A stretch of DNA of 64,000 bases from an uncultured Gemmatimonadales bacterium (GTDB lineage Bacteria; Gemmatimonadota; Gemmatimonadetes; Longimicrobiales; Longimicrobiaceae), in NCBI GenBank assembly GCA_963716255.1, contig OY970303.1, positions 3,360,001-3,424,000 of the forward strand, given 5' to 3'. The notes under the pieces were generated by a model. That model saw only the letters and a list, made by a program, of their open reading frames with translations, searched no databases and was not told the DNA's origin. The number at the start of each line of letters is the position of its first letter. The stretch's first letter is position 1. The translations under genes and the position numbers were made by a program. Positions 7,367 through 17,073 of the stretch are shown piece after piece.

Positions 7367-9664
7367 ATGGAGCCGGGTTTTCCCCCGCCCCCGGGAGGCG
7401 GCGGCGCGAGCGAGTTCATCGAGATCCGCGGCGCCCGCGAGAACAACCTGCGCGACGTGTCGCTGCGCATCCCCAAGCGCCGGATCACCATCTTCACGGG
7501 GGTGTCGGGGTCGGGGAAGTCGTCGGTCGTGTTCGACACCATCGCCACGGAGGCGCAGCGGCAGCTGTACGAGAACTTCAGCCTGTTCATCCGCAGCTTC
7601 CTGCCCCGGTACCCGCAGCCGGACGCGGACGCCATCGAGAACCTGAGCATGGCGGTGGTGGTGGACCAGAAGCGGCTGGGGGGCGGCTCGCACTCCACCG
7701 TGGGCACCATCACCGACATCTACACGCTGCTGCGGCTGCTGTACTCGCGCCTGGGCCGGCCGCACGCGGGCTACTCCAACGCCTTCTCCTTCAACGATCC
7801 CCAGGGGATGTGCCCGGAGTGCAGCGGGATGGGGCGCAAGCTGGGGGTGGTCTCGGACGACTTCCTGGACCTGTCCAGGTCGCTCAACGAGGGCGCGGTG
7901 CGGGTGCCGTTCTTCGCGGCCTGGGAGATGAGCGCGTACGCGGCCTCGGGCTTCTTCGACAACGACAAGAAGCTGGCGGACTTCACCCCCCAGGAGATGG
8001 AGCTGCTGCTGCACGGCAAGGACCGCAAGTTCAAGATGCAGTTCGGCGGCGGATCGATGAACGTGACCTACTCGGGGATCATCGAGAAGGTGGAGCGCGC
8101 CTACGTCCGCCGCGACCTCAAGACGCTCTCGGAGCGCACGCAGAAGGCGGTGGCGCCCTACATCCGTCCGCAGCCGTGCCCGCTGTGCCGGGGCGCCCGC
8201 CTGAGCCCGGCCGCGCTGGCGTCCACCATCGGCGGCCGCAACATCGCGGAGATGTCCGCCATGGAGGTGGGCGACCTGGTCCCCGTCCTCCGCGAGATCG
8301 ACGATCCCGTGGCGGCGCCGGTGGTGGCGGCGCTGGTGGAGCGCCTGCGGCACGTGGTGGACATCGGGCTGGAGTACCTGAGCCTGGACCGCGAGACGGA
8401 CACGCTGTCGGGCGGCGAGTCGCAGCGCATCAAGATGGTGAAGCACCTGGGCAGCAGCCTGGTGGACGTGACGTACATCTTCGACGAGCCCAGCGTGGGG
8501 CTGCACCCGCGCGACGTGCACCGCCTGAACGAGCTGCTGCGCAAGCTGCGCGACAAGGGCAACACGGTGATCGTGGTGGAGCACGACCCGGACGTGATCC
8601 GGGCGGCGGACCACGTGGTGGACATGGGCCCGCACGCGGGGAGCGCGGGCGGGCAGGTGGTCTTCCAGGGGAGCTACGACGACCTGCTGCGGGCGGACAC
8701 GCTCACGGGGCGGTACCTGACGCGGTCGCTGCCCGTGAAGACGGACGCGCGCACGCCGGCGGGGTGGCTGCCGGTGCGGAACGCGCGCGCCAACAACCTC
8801 CAGGACGTGAGCGTGGACTTTCCCGCGGGCGTGCTGACGGTGGTCACGGGGGTGGCGGGCTCGGGCAAGAGCTCGCTGGTGAACGAGGTGTTCCTGCGCC
8901 GGCACCCGGAGGCGGTGGTGATCGACCAGTCGGCGGTGGGCGCGAACTCGCGCTCCAACCCGGCCACCTACACGGGGGTGATGGACGACGTGCGCAAGGC
9001 GTTCGCGGCGGCCAGCGGGGTGGACGCGGGGCTGTTCAGCTTCAACTCCACGGGGGCGTGCGAGAGCTGCAAGGGCTCGGGGGTCATCTACACGGACCTG
9101 GCGTTCCTGGACGGGGTGCGGATGCCGTGCGAGGTGTGCGGGGGGCGGCGCTTCAAGGACGCGGTGCTGGCGTACACGCTGGGAGGCCGGTCCATCAGCG
9201 ACGTGCTGGCCATGACGGTGGCGCAGGCGCTGGAGTTTTTTTCGCAGCGGGGGATCGCGCGCAAGCTGCGGGCGATGAGCGACGTGGGGCTGGACTACCT
9301 CACCCTGGGGCAGCCGCTGAGCACGCTTTCGGGCGGGGAGTGCCAGCGGATCAAGCTCGCGAGCGAGCTGCACAAGGCGGGGAGCATCTACGTGCTGGAC
9401 GAGCCGACGACGGGGCTGCACATGTCGGACATCGGGCACCTGCTGGCGATCCTGGACCGGCTCGTGGATGCCGGGAACACCGTGGTCGTGATCGAGCACA
9501 ACCTGGACGTGATCCGCAACGCGGACTGGATCATCGACCTGGGGCCGGAGGGGGGGAGCCGGGGCGGGCGGGTGGTGTTCACGGGGACGCCCACGGAGCT
9601 GCTGGGCGCGGCGCACTCGCTGACGAGCCGGTACCTGCGGCCGGACGCTCCGGCAGTGGCCTGA
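7367..9664 (+). CDS. UvrA-family ABC ATPase, short class II (UvrA2/DrrC-like)
   Basis: GARENNL, two Walker A (GVSGSGKS, GVAGSGKS), two LSGGE signatures, CxxC zinc fingers; ~765 aa, shorter than canonical UvrA. Confidence 0.9.
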   Translation: MEPGFPPPPGGGGASEFIEIRGARENNLRDVSLRIPKRRITIFTGVSGSGKSSVVFDTIATEAQRQLYENFSLFIRSFLPRYPQPDADAIENLSMAVVVDQKRLGGGSHSTVGTITDIYTLLRLLYSRLGRPHAGYSNAFSFNDPQGMCPECSGMGRKLGVVSDDFLDLSRSLNEGAVRVPFFAAWEMSAYAASGFFDNDKKLADFTPQEMELLLHGKDRKFKMQFGGGSMNVTYSGIIEKVERAYVRRDLKTLSERTQKAVAPYIRPQPCPLCRGARLSPAALASTIGGRNIAEMSAMEVGDLVPVLREIDDPVAAPVVAALVERLRHVVDIGLEYLSLDRETDTLSGGESQRIKMVKHLGSSLVDVTYIFDEPSVGLHPRDVHRLNELLRKLRDKGNTVIVVEHDPDVIRAADHVVDMGPHAGSAGGQVVFQGSYDDLLRADTLTGRYLTRSLPVKTDARTPAGWLPVRNARANNLQDVSVDFPAGVLTVVTGVAGSGKSSLVNEVFLRRHPEAVVIDQSAVGANSRSNPATYTGVMDDVRKAFAAASGVDAGLFSFNSTGACESCKGSGVIYTDLAFLDGVRMPCEVCGGRRFKDAVLAYTLGGRSISDVLAMTVAQALEFFSQRGIARKLRAMSDVGLDYLTLGQPLSTLSGGECQRIKLASELHKAGSIYVLDEPTTGLHMSDIGHLLAILDRLVDAGNTVVVIEHNLDVIRNADWIIDLGPEGGSRGGRVVFTGTPTELLGAAHSLTSRYLRPDAPAVA

Positions 9665-9756
9665 GCGGGGCGAGGACCCAGGGGTAAAGAACGCGCTCGA
9701 CACGGAAAGCGCCGTGCGTGTTCATCGGTATTCCGTCTTCAGCCTTCTGGACCAAC

Positions 9757-12700
9757 ATGCGTGATACCCTGACCTGGCTGCACATCTCGGATATCCACTT
9801 CCATCCGAGTACCGCATGGCGAGACGACATCGCCAGGGTCGGCCTGATCGAGCACCTCCGGACGACGTTTGCGAAGGACGATTCGCTGCGACCCGATCTC
9901 GTCTTCTGCACGGGAGACATCGCGTTCGGCGAAACCGGGGGTTCGCCGCTCGCCGATCAGTATGGTGAAGCCAGGGAGTTCTTCGATGCCCTCCTCGCGG
10001 TGTGTGGGCGTGGGGGCGTTGCTTTGCCACGCGAGCGACTGTTCACCGTTCCCGGCAACCATGACGTGAACCGACGGAGCGTCAACTCCGACGCCCAGAC
10101 CACCCTGACCGCCTGGGCCCGTAACGCGCATCAGCACATCGCAACGATCAACCACCGCTTCGAAGAACGCACCAGGGAATTCACGGATGCGATCCAGAGG
10201 CTCGACGACTACTCGGACTTCGTCCGGGACTTTCTGCCGCACCAGGTAGATGCGGATGGGCGGCTCTTCTACGCACGAGTCGTCGAGGTCGACGGGCTGC
10301 GCGTGGGGGTCGCCGGCTTCAACTCTGCCTGGACGTGCGCCGGCCCGGAGGATGATCGCGCTCTCTGGATGGCCGCCCAGTGGCAGCTCAATGCGGCCGC
10401 TCCTGTAATTCGGGACGCCGCCGTCCGTATTGGTCTCGTCCATCACCCGATCTCCTGGCTCAACGAGGCGGATCGCATCATCGCCACCCGCCGCATCTCC
10501 ACCGATTTCGACTTCTGGCTGCACGGCCACGAGCACAATGCCTGGGTCGAGCCTGCGCAGAGCCACGTCACCATCGCAGCGGGGGCGGTGGGTGCCGGCC
10601 AGAGCGAAGAGCTCGGGGTGAATCTGGTGCACCTCGACCGCGCGGGCCGGCGGGGAACCGTTCATCTCAGCCAGCTCAGGGCAGGCGATGCGGGGTGGAC
10701 CATCGCCCCCGTGGCTGGCCACGCGCCTGCCGGCCAGTGGGCGTTCGACCTGCCGGAAACACTGCTGAAGACGGCTACTGCAGAGCCGCTGACGTCCATT
10801 CCGCCGGACTCGCCCGCACAAGCTCCTCCGAAGCGCACGGTCAAGTTGTATGGACGTGAGAAACTGTTGGACGAGGCAGCGGCCAAGTTGCGCCGTGCAC
10901 CGTTCCTGCTGGTGTACGGCCTGCGCGGCATTGGAAAGACAGCGTTGATCGAGGAGTTGAGCAAGACAGGCCCGCTCGCCGGCAAAGATCCTGTTCGCTT
11001 GGTCGTGAACGCAGATACGACCGCGGATGAATTGTTTCGCCAGCTTGCCCCCCCGGCACTCGGCGAAACAGCCGAGTTTCCTAAGTCCCCCCAGGGCAAT
11101 GCGCAGGCGGTCGAGGCGGAGATACGCCGCCGTTACCCGGAGCCGCGCGCGGTCTGGATCTGGCTGGACCGCGCGCATAACCTGTTGGATGCAAACAGGT
11201 TTCATCATCCCGAAGTGCGCAGCCTGCTCCTTGGCTTGCAGGCTGCGATGGGGGACCGGTGGCACTGGGTACTCGAACTGCGCGAGCGCCCACAGGGCAT
11301 GTTCAACGAAGTCGCGAATACATGTGAGGTTCCCGGCCTGGACAGGGCCAGTTTGGGTGAGTGTCTGGCTGATGCTGCTCCGGAAGGTCGAGAAGCCGAT
11401 TGGAGATACACCGGCCAGGACCTCAAGCGCATCTATCGTTGGCTTGGGGGAAGCCAGGGTAATCAGGCCCACCCCTTTGCGACGCAACTGCTGATCGAAG
11501 TAGCCCGCGCCCGAAATGAGGCCCCGTTGGAGGTGCTGGAGCGCCATTTGGACGACTGGGAGCAACGGATCGAGGATGTGCTGCTGGGGGATCTTTACGA
11601 GAACGTGCTTAACCACGGCGAGCGCTGCCTGCTGGACGCGCTGGCGCTGTATCGAGCAGGCATTCCCCATGATCACCTGGAAGAGCTGGAGCACCTGCTG
11701 AAGCTCTCCGGCGCATGGGATGGCCTCGACCGCCGTTGTCTGCTGGCACCGGGTACGAACGATTACCAGTACTACCTGCACAGCTTCATCTCCGGCTGGC
11801 TCCGAACTCGGCGACTGGGTTACGCCGGGTACGGCGAGGATGACGAGGCAGATTTCGCCGACACCACGGAGGAGACGACGAGACAGCATGCTCGCGATCT
11901 CCATTCCGCAATCGCTACGTGCTGGTTGGGTCAGTTGCGAGGCACACGACGCCTGACCAACGTCAATATCATGCGGGCGGTGGAAGCGTTCCACCACCTT
12001 GTGGCGGCTGGCGACGCCGACCGCGTGCAGGGAATTGCCGTCGAGCTGCTGAGGGGAAAGCTGGAATGGGCACGGAGGCGGATGAAGGAATTCTACGATC
12101 ACCTCTTCAGGACGAATACCGCAATCACCCAGCAACGCCGTGCACTCCAATACCGGGCGGTGCTGGATCCCGATGATCATGCGGTGCAGCGCTTCCTTGG
12201 TCGCTGTTGGCAGAAGGAGGAGGGCAAGGGAAGCGACAGGGCCGTATTGTGCTTCGAGAACGCCTGTCGGTTGCGTCGAGATTTTCCGCCCTACTGGGCG
12301 GATCTAGGGAATAACCTGCTTGCGCGTGGGCGAGTGGGCGCGAGCGACTTCCTCTCACGGCTTGAGTCGCTGGAACAAGATTGTCCCCAGGCGATAGATG
12401 GGCACGTGAGGGCCATTCAGTCTGACTGCCTCAAGCTGGTAGGACATGCAGGGCGAGCCTCCGCCCTGCGCATGGCCGAGATCACCGCCGGCAGCCGCGA
12501 TCCAGCGTTCTACAACGACGAGGCGAAGGCTCGGCTGGAGGGCGGCGACATCCCTGGCGCGCTGGAGATCCTCGATCTGGCGGAGAAGAACGGGCGCGCC
12601 GACGATTTTACGAAGTCGATCCGCGCCAGCGTCCTGCAGCGGAGCGACCCGGACGCGGCGTCCGCCCTGCGCATGGCCGAGATCACCGCCGGCAGCCGCC

Positions 12701-13047
12701 ATCCAGCGTTCTACAACGACGAGGCGAAGGCTCGGCTGGAGGGCGGCGACATCCCTGGCGCGCTGGAGATCCTCGATCTGGCGGAGAAGAACGGGCGCGC
12801 CGACGATTTTACGAAGTCGATCCGCGCCAGCGTCCTGCAGCGGAGCGACCCGGACGCGGCGTCCGCCCTGCGCATGGCCGAGATCACCGCCGGCAGCCGC
12901 AATCCGGTGTTCTACAACGACGAGGCGAAGGCTCGGCTGGAGGGCGGCGACATCCCTGGCGCGCTGGAGATCCTTGAACTGGTGGAGACGAACGGGTGCG
13001 CCAACGAGTACACGAAGTCGATCTACAATACCATTCGAAGGATGTAG
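9757..13047 (+). CDS. calcineurin-like metallophosphoesterase + STAND-like P-loop NTPase + TPR-like repeats
   Basis: WLHISDIH, CTGDIA, VPGNHD, HH, HGHEH (phosphoesterase); GLRGIGKT Walker A, WIWLD Walker B, HPFA, YYLHSFI; helical repeats at the C-terminus; lower GC than flanks. Confidence 0.85.
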   Translation: MRDTLTWLHISDIHFHPSTAWRDDIARVGLIEHLRTTFAKDDSLRPDLVFCTGDIAFGETGGSPLADQYGEAREFFDALLAVCGRGGVALPRERLFTVPGNHDVNRRSVNSDAQTTLTAWARNAHQHIATINHRFEERTREFTDAIQRLDDYSDFVRDFLPHQVDADGRLFYARVVEVDGLRVGVAGFNSAWTCAGPEDDRALWMAAQWQLNAAAPVIRDAAVRIGLVHHPISWLNEADRIIATRRISTDFDFWLHGHEHNAWVEPAQSHVTIAAGAVGAGQSEELGVNLVHLDRAGRRGTVHLSQLRAGDAGWTIAPVAGHAPAGQWAFDLPETLLKTATAEPLTSIPPDSPAQAPPKRTVKLYGREKLLDEAAAKLRRAPFLLVYGLRGIGKTALIEELSKTGPLAGKDPVRLVVNADTTADELFRQLAPPALGETAEFPKSPQGNAQAVEAEIRRRYPEPRAVWIWLDRAHNLLDANRFHHPEVRSLLLGLQAAMGDRWHWVLELRERPQGMFNEVANTCEVPGLDRASLGECLADAAPEGREADWRYTGQDLKRIYRWLGGSQGNQAHPFATQLLIEVARARNEAPLEVLERHLDDWEQRIEDVLLGDLYENVLNHGERCLLDALALYRAGIPHDHLEELEHLLKLSGAWDGLDRRCLLAPGTNDYQYYLHSFISGWLRTRRLGYAGYGEDDEADFADTTEETTRQHARDLHSAIATCWLGQLRGTRRLTNVNIMRAVEAFHHLVAAGDADRVQGIAVELLRGKLEWARRRMKEFYDHLFRTNTAITQQRRALQYRAVLDPDDHAVQRFLGRCWQKEEGKGSDRAVLCFENACRLRRDFPPYWADLGNNLLARGRVGASDFLSRLESLEQDCPQAIDGHVRAIQSDCLKLVGHAGRASALRMAEITAGSRDPAFYNDEAKARLEGGDIPGALEILDLAEKNGRADDFTKSIRASVLQRSDPDAASALRMAEITAGSRHPAFYNDEAKARLEGGDIPGALEILDLAEKNGRADDFTKSIRASVLQRSDPDAASALRMAEITAGSRNPVFYNDEAKARLEGGDIPGALEILELVETNGCANEYTKSIYNTIRRM
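12460..13023 (+). repeat. intragenic tandem repeat, 201-bp (67-aa) unit, ~2.8 copies
   Basis: Units start at 12460, 12661 and 12862 (TCCGCCCTGCGCATGGCCGAGATCACC...); units 1 and 2 almost identical. Confidence 0.95.
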
Positions 13048-13093
13048 GCAACTTCCGGTATCCGAGCCGCAACCTTTCGTCTGCTCACCTCAT

Positions 13094-13203
13094 CTACTCG
13101 CACCAGGCCAGCACCTCCACGAAGCTCCGTTCCTCCAGCATCATGGAGAGCGGGGCTTCGACAGCTTCACGCGGGTGATCGCGCTTTGCTCAGCCTCACA
13201 CCA
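13094..13203 (-). pseudogene. degenerate duplicate of the recQ 3' end
   Basis: Reads (frameshifted) ..SAITRVKLSK / PLSMMLEERSFVEVLAWCE*, versus RecQ ..PAITRAKLGKHPLNGALEDRGFAEVLAWCEGGGA*. Confidence 0.75.
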
Positions 13204-13423
13204 CCGAGGACGACACCGTCCTGATCCCAGGCACCTGCTCCAGCCCGGCGAGGTGCTCAACTTCGCCGCGTGAAGGGCCGAAGCAACGTCGCAACCACAT
13301 GCGGCACGAAGTCGGCGCACGTCCTCCGGCTTTCCATGCGAGATCGTTCCAGCCATAATGGTGCCCGCGAGCAGCCATTCCTCGCTCGCCGACTCGCCCC
13401 ATCCCTCCTCTGAAAGGCCCGAA

Positions 13424-14758
13424 ATGTCCAACCGCTATTCGCAGGTTCGCTTCATCGGCTACACGATTCCCACCACGCCGGCCGACATGGTCGCGATCGG
13501 CAACCCGAACGGGCCCGGCGCGGTCGCCGGCACCTACCTCGGCCTGTCCGACCTCGCGCAGGACGTCGCGGCACGCGTCGCCGTGCTCAAGAACGCCGTG
13601 GACGTCGCAAAGGCCGCCCTGCCGGGCGACACCCCGGGGAGCGTGCTCAACGTGTTCGTGGCGCCCGAGTTCTACTTCCACGGCGTCCAGGGGCCGTACC
13701 TGTATTCCGACGACGCGGAAGATCCCATCCCCGTCATCATGCAGCAGCTGCTCGCCGCGTTCCCGCCCGCCGACTACCCGGACTGGAGCTTCGTGTGCGG
13801 CAGCGCCATCAGCGCGCGCATCGCCAACCCGGACCGCCTGTTCGCCGCGGACTCCGTGTCCGTGCGCAACGCCGTGGTGGAGGCGCTGAGCAAGCAGTGG
13901 CTCGCCGCGTTCGGGCCGCTCAGCGACGTGATCTTCGACATGCTGGTGAACTTCATCAAGAACTGCCACGCCTACCCGGCCGTCGAGGTCCGCAACCGGG
14001 CGCTGCTCGTGAGCGGCGTCCCGCTGGACACCCCCGCCGCCCAGCTGGGCGTCAACGACATGACCACCGAGAAGTACTTCGACTCCAACGAGGACTTCAT
14101 CCTGTACGACGTGGGCGGCAACACCAACGTGGTGACCGAGCAGATGACCGCGTACCCGCAGATCGACCTGAGCAACGGCGACCTCAAGACCCGGCAGTAC
14201 GACAAGCACGCCATCTTCCGGCAGAACTACGGGACGGGCAACTTCCCCGACTACGTGGACTTCGGCGTGGAGATCTGCCTGGACCACAGCGACACGCGGC
14301 TGCGCAGCAACATCGACAACGAGCCGTTCCCCAAGAGCGGCGACGCGATGCACGTGCAGATCATCCCGTCGTGCGGCATGCAGATCCAGCTCCCCGGCGT
14401 GGCAGCCGACACGCACGGCTTCGTGTTCAACTGCGACGGCCAGTACGCGGTGGACACCACCGTCGGCACGGCGCAGCAGGGGAACCTGAACGGCGTGCAG
14501 TGCATCTACGCCAACTACGTGGACTCCGCCAACGCCAACTACGCCGGGCACACCCAGCTGGCCCGCGTGCAGGCCCCGGCGACCGGCGGCGACCCGGACG
14601 CTGCCTCGTCCACCAACGCCACCTTCGAGACGCTCGACCCGGCGGCAATCACCATCCTCCCGGTGCCCGTGGTCAGCCAGCTCGCCGGCTGCTTCGCGGG
14701 CGGCCCGGGCGCGGTGCACATCTACGGGCTGAACGCGCCGTACGCGATGTACCCGTGA
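13424..14758 (+). CDS. hypothetical protein, probable carbon-nitrogen hydrolase (nitrilase) fold
   Basis: VFVAPEFYF (Glu), TEKYF (Lys), GVEICLDH (Cys) in the order of the nitrilase triad; GAAAGG RBS; strong GC3 bias. Confidence 0.7.
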   Translation: MSNRYSQVRFIGYTIPTTPADMVAIGNPNGPGAVAGTYLGLSDLAQDVAARVAVLKNAVDVAKAALPGDTPGSVLNVFVAPEFYFHGVQGPYLYSDDAEDPIPVIMQQLLAAFPPADYPDWSFVCGSAISARIANPDRLFAADSVSVRNAVVEALSKQWLAAFGPLSDVIFDMLVNFIKNCHAYPAVEVRNRALLVSGVPLDTPAAQLGVNDMTTEKYFDSNEDFILYDVGGNTNVVTEQMTAYPQIDLSNGDLKTRQYDKHAIFRQNYGTGNFPDYVDFGVEICLDHSDTRLRSNIDNEPFPKSGDAMHVQIIPSCGMQIQLPGVAADTHGFVFNCDGQYAVDTTVGTAQQGNLNGVQCIYANYVDSANANYAGHTQLARVQAPATGGDPDAASSTNATFETLDPAAITILPVPVVSQLAGCFAGGPGAVHIYGLNAPYAMYP

Positions 14759-14798
14759 CAAATCGGATCTGGTCGGAACGGCTTTGAACGGACGGTTT

Positions 14799-14928
14799 GG
14801 GCGTGCCCCCGGCTGGCGCCGGGGTCGGGCTTCGGCTCCGTAACGCACGAAACAACCGTGCGTAACGGAGTCGAGCCCCGGCAAACTGCCGCCGGGTCTC
14901 GCCCCTTCGGGCCGTAATCCCTCACGCG
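14799..14928 (+). repeat. structured intergenic repeat, copy 1
   Basis: GGGCGTGCCCCCGGC...GGGGTCGGGCTTCGGCTCCGTA...ACGGAGTCGAGCCC...ATCCCTCACGCG, shared with five other sites. Confidence 0.92.
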
Positions 14929-15007
14929 ACTACGTGCCCGCATGCACGGCGGCCCCGCACCTCACCGGTGCGGGGCCGCCGCGTTCAGGAGTGTCGCCCG
15001 CCCTATT

Positions 15008-16966
15008 CTACGCACCGCCTCCTTCGCACCACGCCAGCACCTCCGCGAAGCCGCGGTCCTCCAGCGCCCCGTTCAGCGGGTGCTTCCCCAGCTTGGCGCG
15101 GGTGATGGCCGGGCTGCTGAGCCCGCACAGGAAGCGCGCCTGCTGCCGCGCGTGGCCCAGCGCCGTGCGGTTGTCGCGCACCAGCTGCCGGAACGCCTCC
15201 ACGTCGACGCGGCGCTCGATGGGTCCGCGCTCCGGCCGCGGCGGGAACCGGGTGACGCGCCCCGTCTCGCACCAGGTGCAGTGGCCGCAGGGCTCGCCGC
15301 GCGCCTCGCCGAAGTAGGCCAGCATGAAGTTGGTCTGGCAGCCGTCGCCCTCCACCAGTTCCACCACCTGCCCCACCCGCCCCACCTCCGCCGTTTCCCG
15401 CTTCGCGAACCGCGCCTCCAGCTCGTCCGCCAGCGCCTCCGCGTCCGCCGCCTCCACCAGGCGCGTGAAGCGCTGCCGCGCGTCCGTGACCTGCACCTCC
15501 GCCAGCCCCTCGGACTGCAGGTAGTCCACCATGCGGACGATGCGGTCGCGGCCCTCGCCCAGGTCCGCGGCGACGACGGCCGGGTCCAGCGTCAGCCACT
15601 CGCGCCCCTTCCTGGCCCGGTCGAACACCGCCTCCACGAAGCGCGCCCGGTCCTCCGGGAAGCGCGCCGTGATCTCCGGCAGCTGCTTCGCGAAGCGCAC
15701 CTTGTACCCCGCGTAGAAGGGCGTCCCCTGGCGCAGCACCCCCATCAGCTCCAGGTAGGTGAGCGCCGTGCGCAGCACCAGCTGCCGGATGTCGTGCGCC
15801 GCCGACAGCGCGTACTGGCTCACGTCGAACTCGCGCGGGCCGCCCAGGATGTCGCGCAGCAGCCCAAGAAGCGACTCGCGCGTGGGCGTGTCGCCGTAGG
15901 TGAAGTTTTCCAGGGTGGCCACGTCCTCCAGGCTCCCCATCAGCTCCACCCTGGAGGGCAGCCCGTCGCGCCCCGCCCGGCCGATCTCCTGCGAGTAGCT
16001 TTCCAGCCCCTTGGGGAGGTTGTAGTGGTACACGTAGCGCACGTCCGCCTTGTCGATCCCCATCCCGAAGGCGATGGTCGCCACCACCGTGGCGCGGTCC
16101 GATTCCTTCCACCACTCCTGCACCCGGGCGCGCGTCTCGTCGTCCATCCCCGCGTGGTAGGGGCGCGCGGGGAGCCCCGCGTCCGCCAGCGCCTGGGCCA
16201 CCCGCTCGGCCGTGCGCTGCAGGGTGACGTAGACGATGCCGGAGCCCGCCGGCCGGCCGCGGATGCGCTCCAGCAGCGCCGCGTCGCGCCCACGGGAGAG
16301 CGTGGGCGACGTGCGCAGGAACAGGTTGGGGCGGTGGAAGCCGGTGACCACGGCGTTCTCGCGGGGGATGCGGAACGAGGCGCAGATGTCCTCCACCACC
16401 GGCGGCGTGGCCGTGGCGGTGAGCGCCAGCACCCGCTCCGCGCCCACGGCGCGCGCCGTCTCCGCCAGCTTCAGGTAGTCCGGGCGGAAGTTGTGGCCCC
16501 ACTCCGAGATGCAGTGCGCCTCGTCCACCGCGAACAGGGCGATGCGGGCGCGGCCCAGCTGGTCCAGGAAGCGCTCGTTGTTGAAGCGCTCCGGCGCCAC
16601 GTACAGCAGCCGCAGCTCGCCCGAGCGCAGGCGCCGCTCCACGGCGCGAGCCTCGTCGCCGGTGAGCGACGAGTCCAGCCGCGCCGCGTCGATGCCGCGG
16701 CCGCGCAGGAAGTCGATCTGGTCCTTCATCAGCGCGATCAGCGGCGACACCACCACCGTCACCCCCTCCAGCAGCAGTGCGGGGAGCTGGTAGCAGAGCG
16801 ACTTGCCGCCGCCGGTGGGGAACACGGCGAGCGCGCCACCGCTCCCCAGAAGCGCGTCCACCACGCGGCGCTGGCCGGGGCGGAACTCCGCGAGCCCGAA
16901 GCGCTCGCGGAGGACGGAGTCGATGTCGCCGGCGGGGTGCGCGCGGGGCGCCGTTGTTGTATTCAT
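15008..16966 (-). CDS. recQ: RecQ family ATP-dependent DNA helicase
   Basis: PTGGGKSLCYQLPAL, DEAHCISEWGHNFRPDY, LTATAT, ATIAFGMGIDK, QEIGRAGRDG, Zn-binding CGHCTWC. Confidence 0.95.
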   Translation of the reverse strand: MNTTTAPRAHPAGDIDSVLRERFGLAEFRPGQRRVVDALLGSGGALAVFPTGGGKSLCYQLPALLLEGVTVVVSPLIALMKDQIDFLRGRGIDAARLDSSLTGDEARAVERRLRSGELRLLYVAPERFNNERFLDQLGRARIALFAVDEAHCISEWGHNFRPDYLKLAETARAVGAERVLALTATATPPVVEDICASFRIPRENAVVTGFHRPNLFLRTSPTLSRGRDAALLERIRGRPAGSGIVYVTLQRTAERVAQALADAGLPARPYHAGMDDETRARVQEWWKESDRATVVATIAFGMGIDKADVRYVYHYNLPKGLESYSQEIGRAGRDGLPSRVELMGSLEDVATLENFTYGDTPTRESLLGLLRDILGGPREFDVSQYALSAAHDIRQLVLRTALTYLELMGVLRQGTPFYAGYKVRFAKQLPEITARFPEDRARFVEAVFDRARKGREWLTLDPAVVAADLGEGRDRIVRMVDYLQSEGLAEVQVTDARQRFTRLVEAADAEALADELEARFAKRETAEVGRVGQVVELVEGDGCQTNFMLAYFGEARGEPCGHCTWCETGRVTRFPPRPERGPIERRVDVEAFRQLVRDNRTALGHARQQARFLCGLSSPAITRAKLGKHPLNGALEDRGFAEVLAWCEGGGA

Positions 16967-17073
16967 CCCTTGCTCGTTCGTCTGGAGGCTCCGCCCGCCG
17001 CGCGCGGCGGCGGCGGGGCCGCTCCCGTCCCATGGCCACGCAGGCCGACCCGGCAACCCGAGCCGTACCCGCG

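Noticed and set aside
12460..13023. CRISPR array or diversity-generating retroelement template/variable repeats
   Set aside because: Units are contiguous, in-frame 201-bp coding repeats without spacers; no cas or reverse transcriptase gene in the window
14799..14928. tRNA or hammerhead ribozyme identity for the dispersed repeat
   Set aside because: No T-loop/D-loop or CCA pattern and no CUGAnGA core; kept only as an unassigned structured repeat
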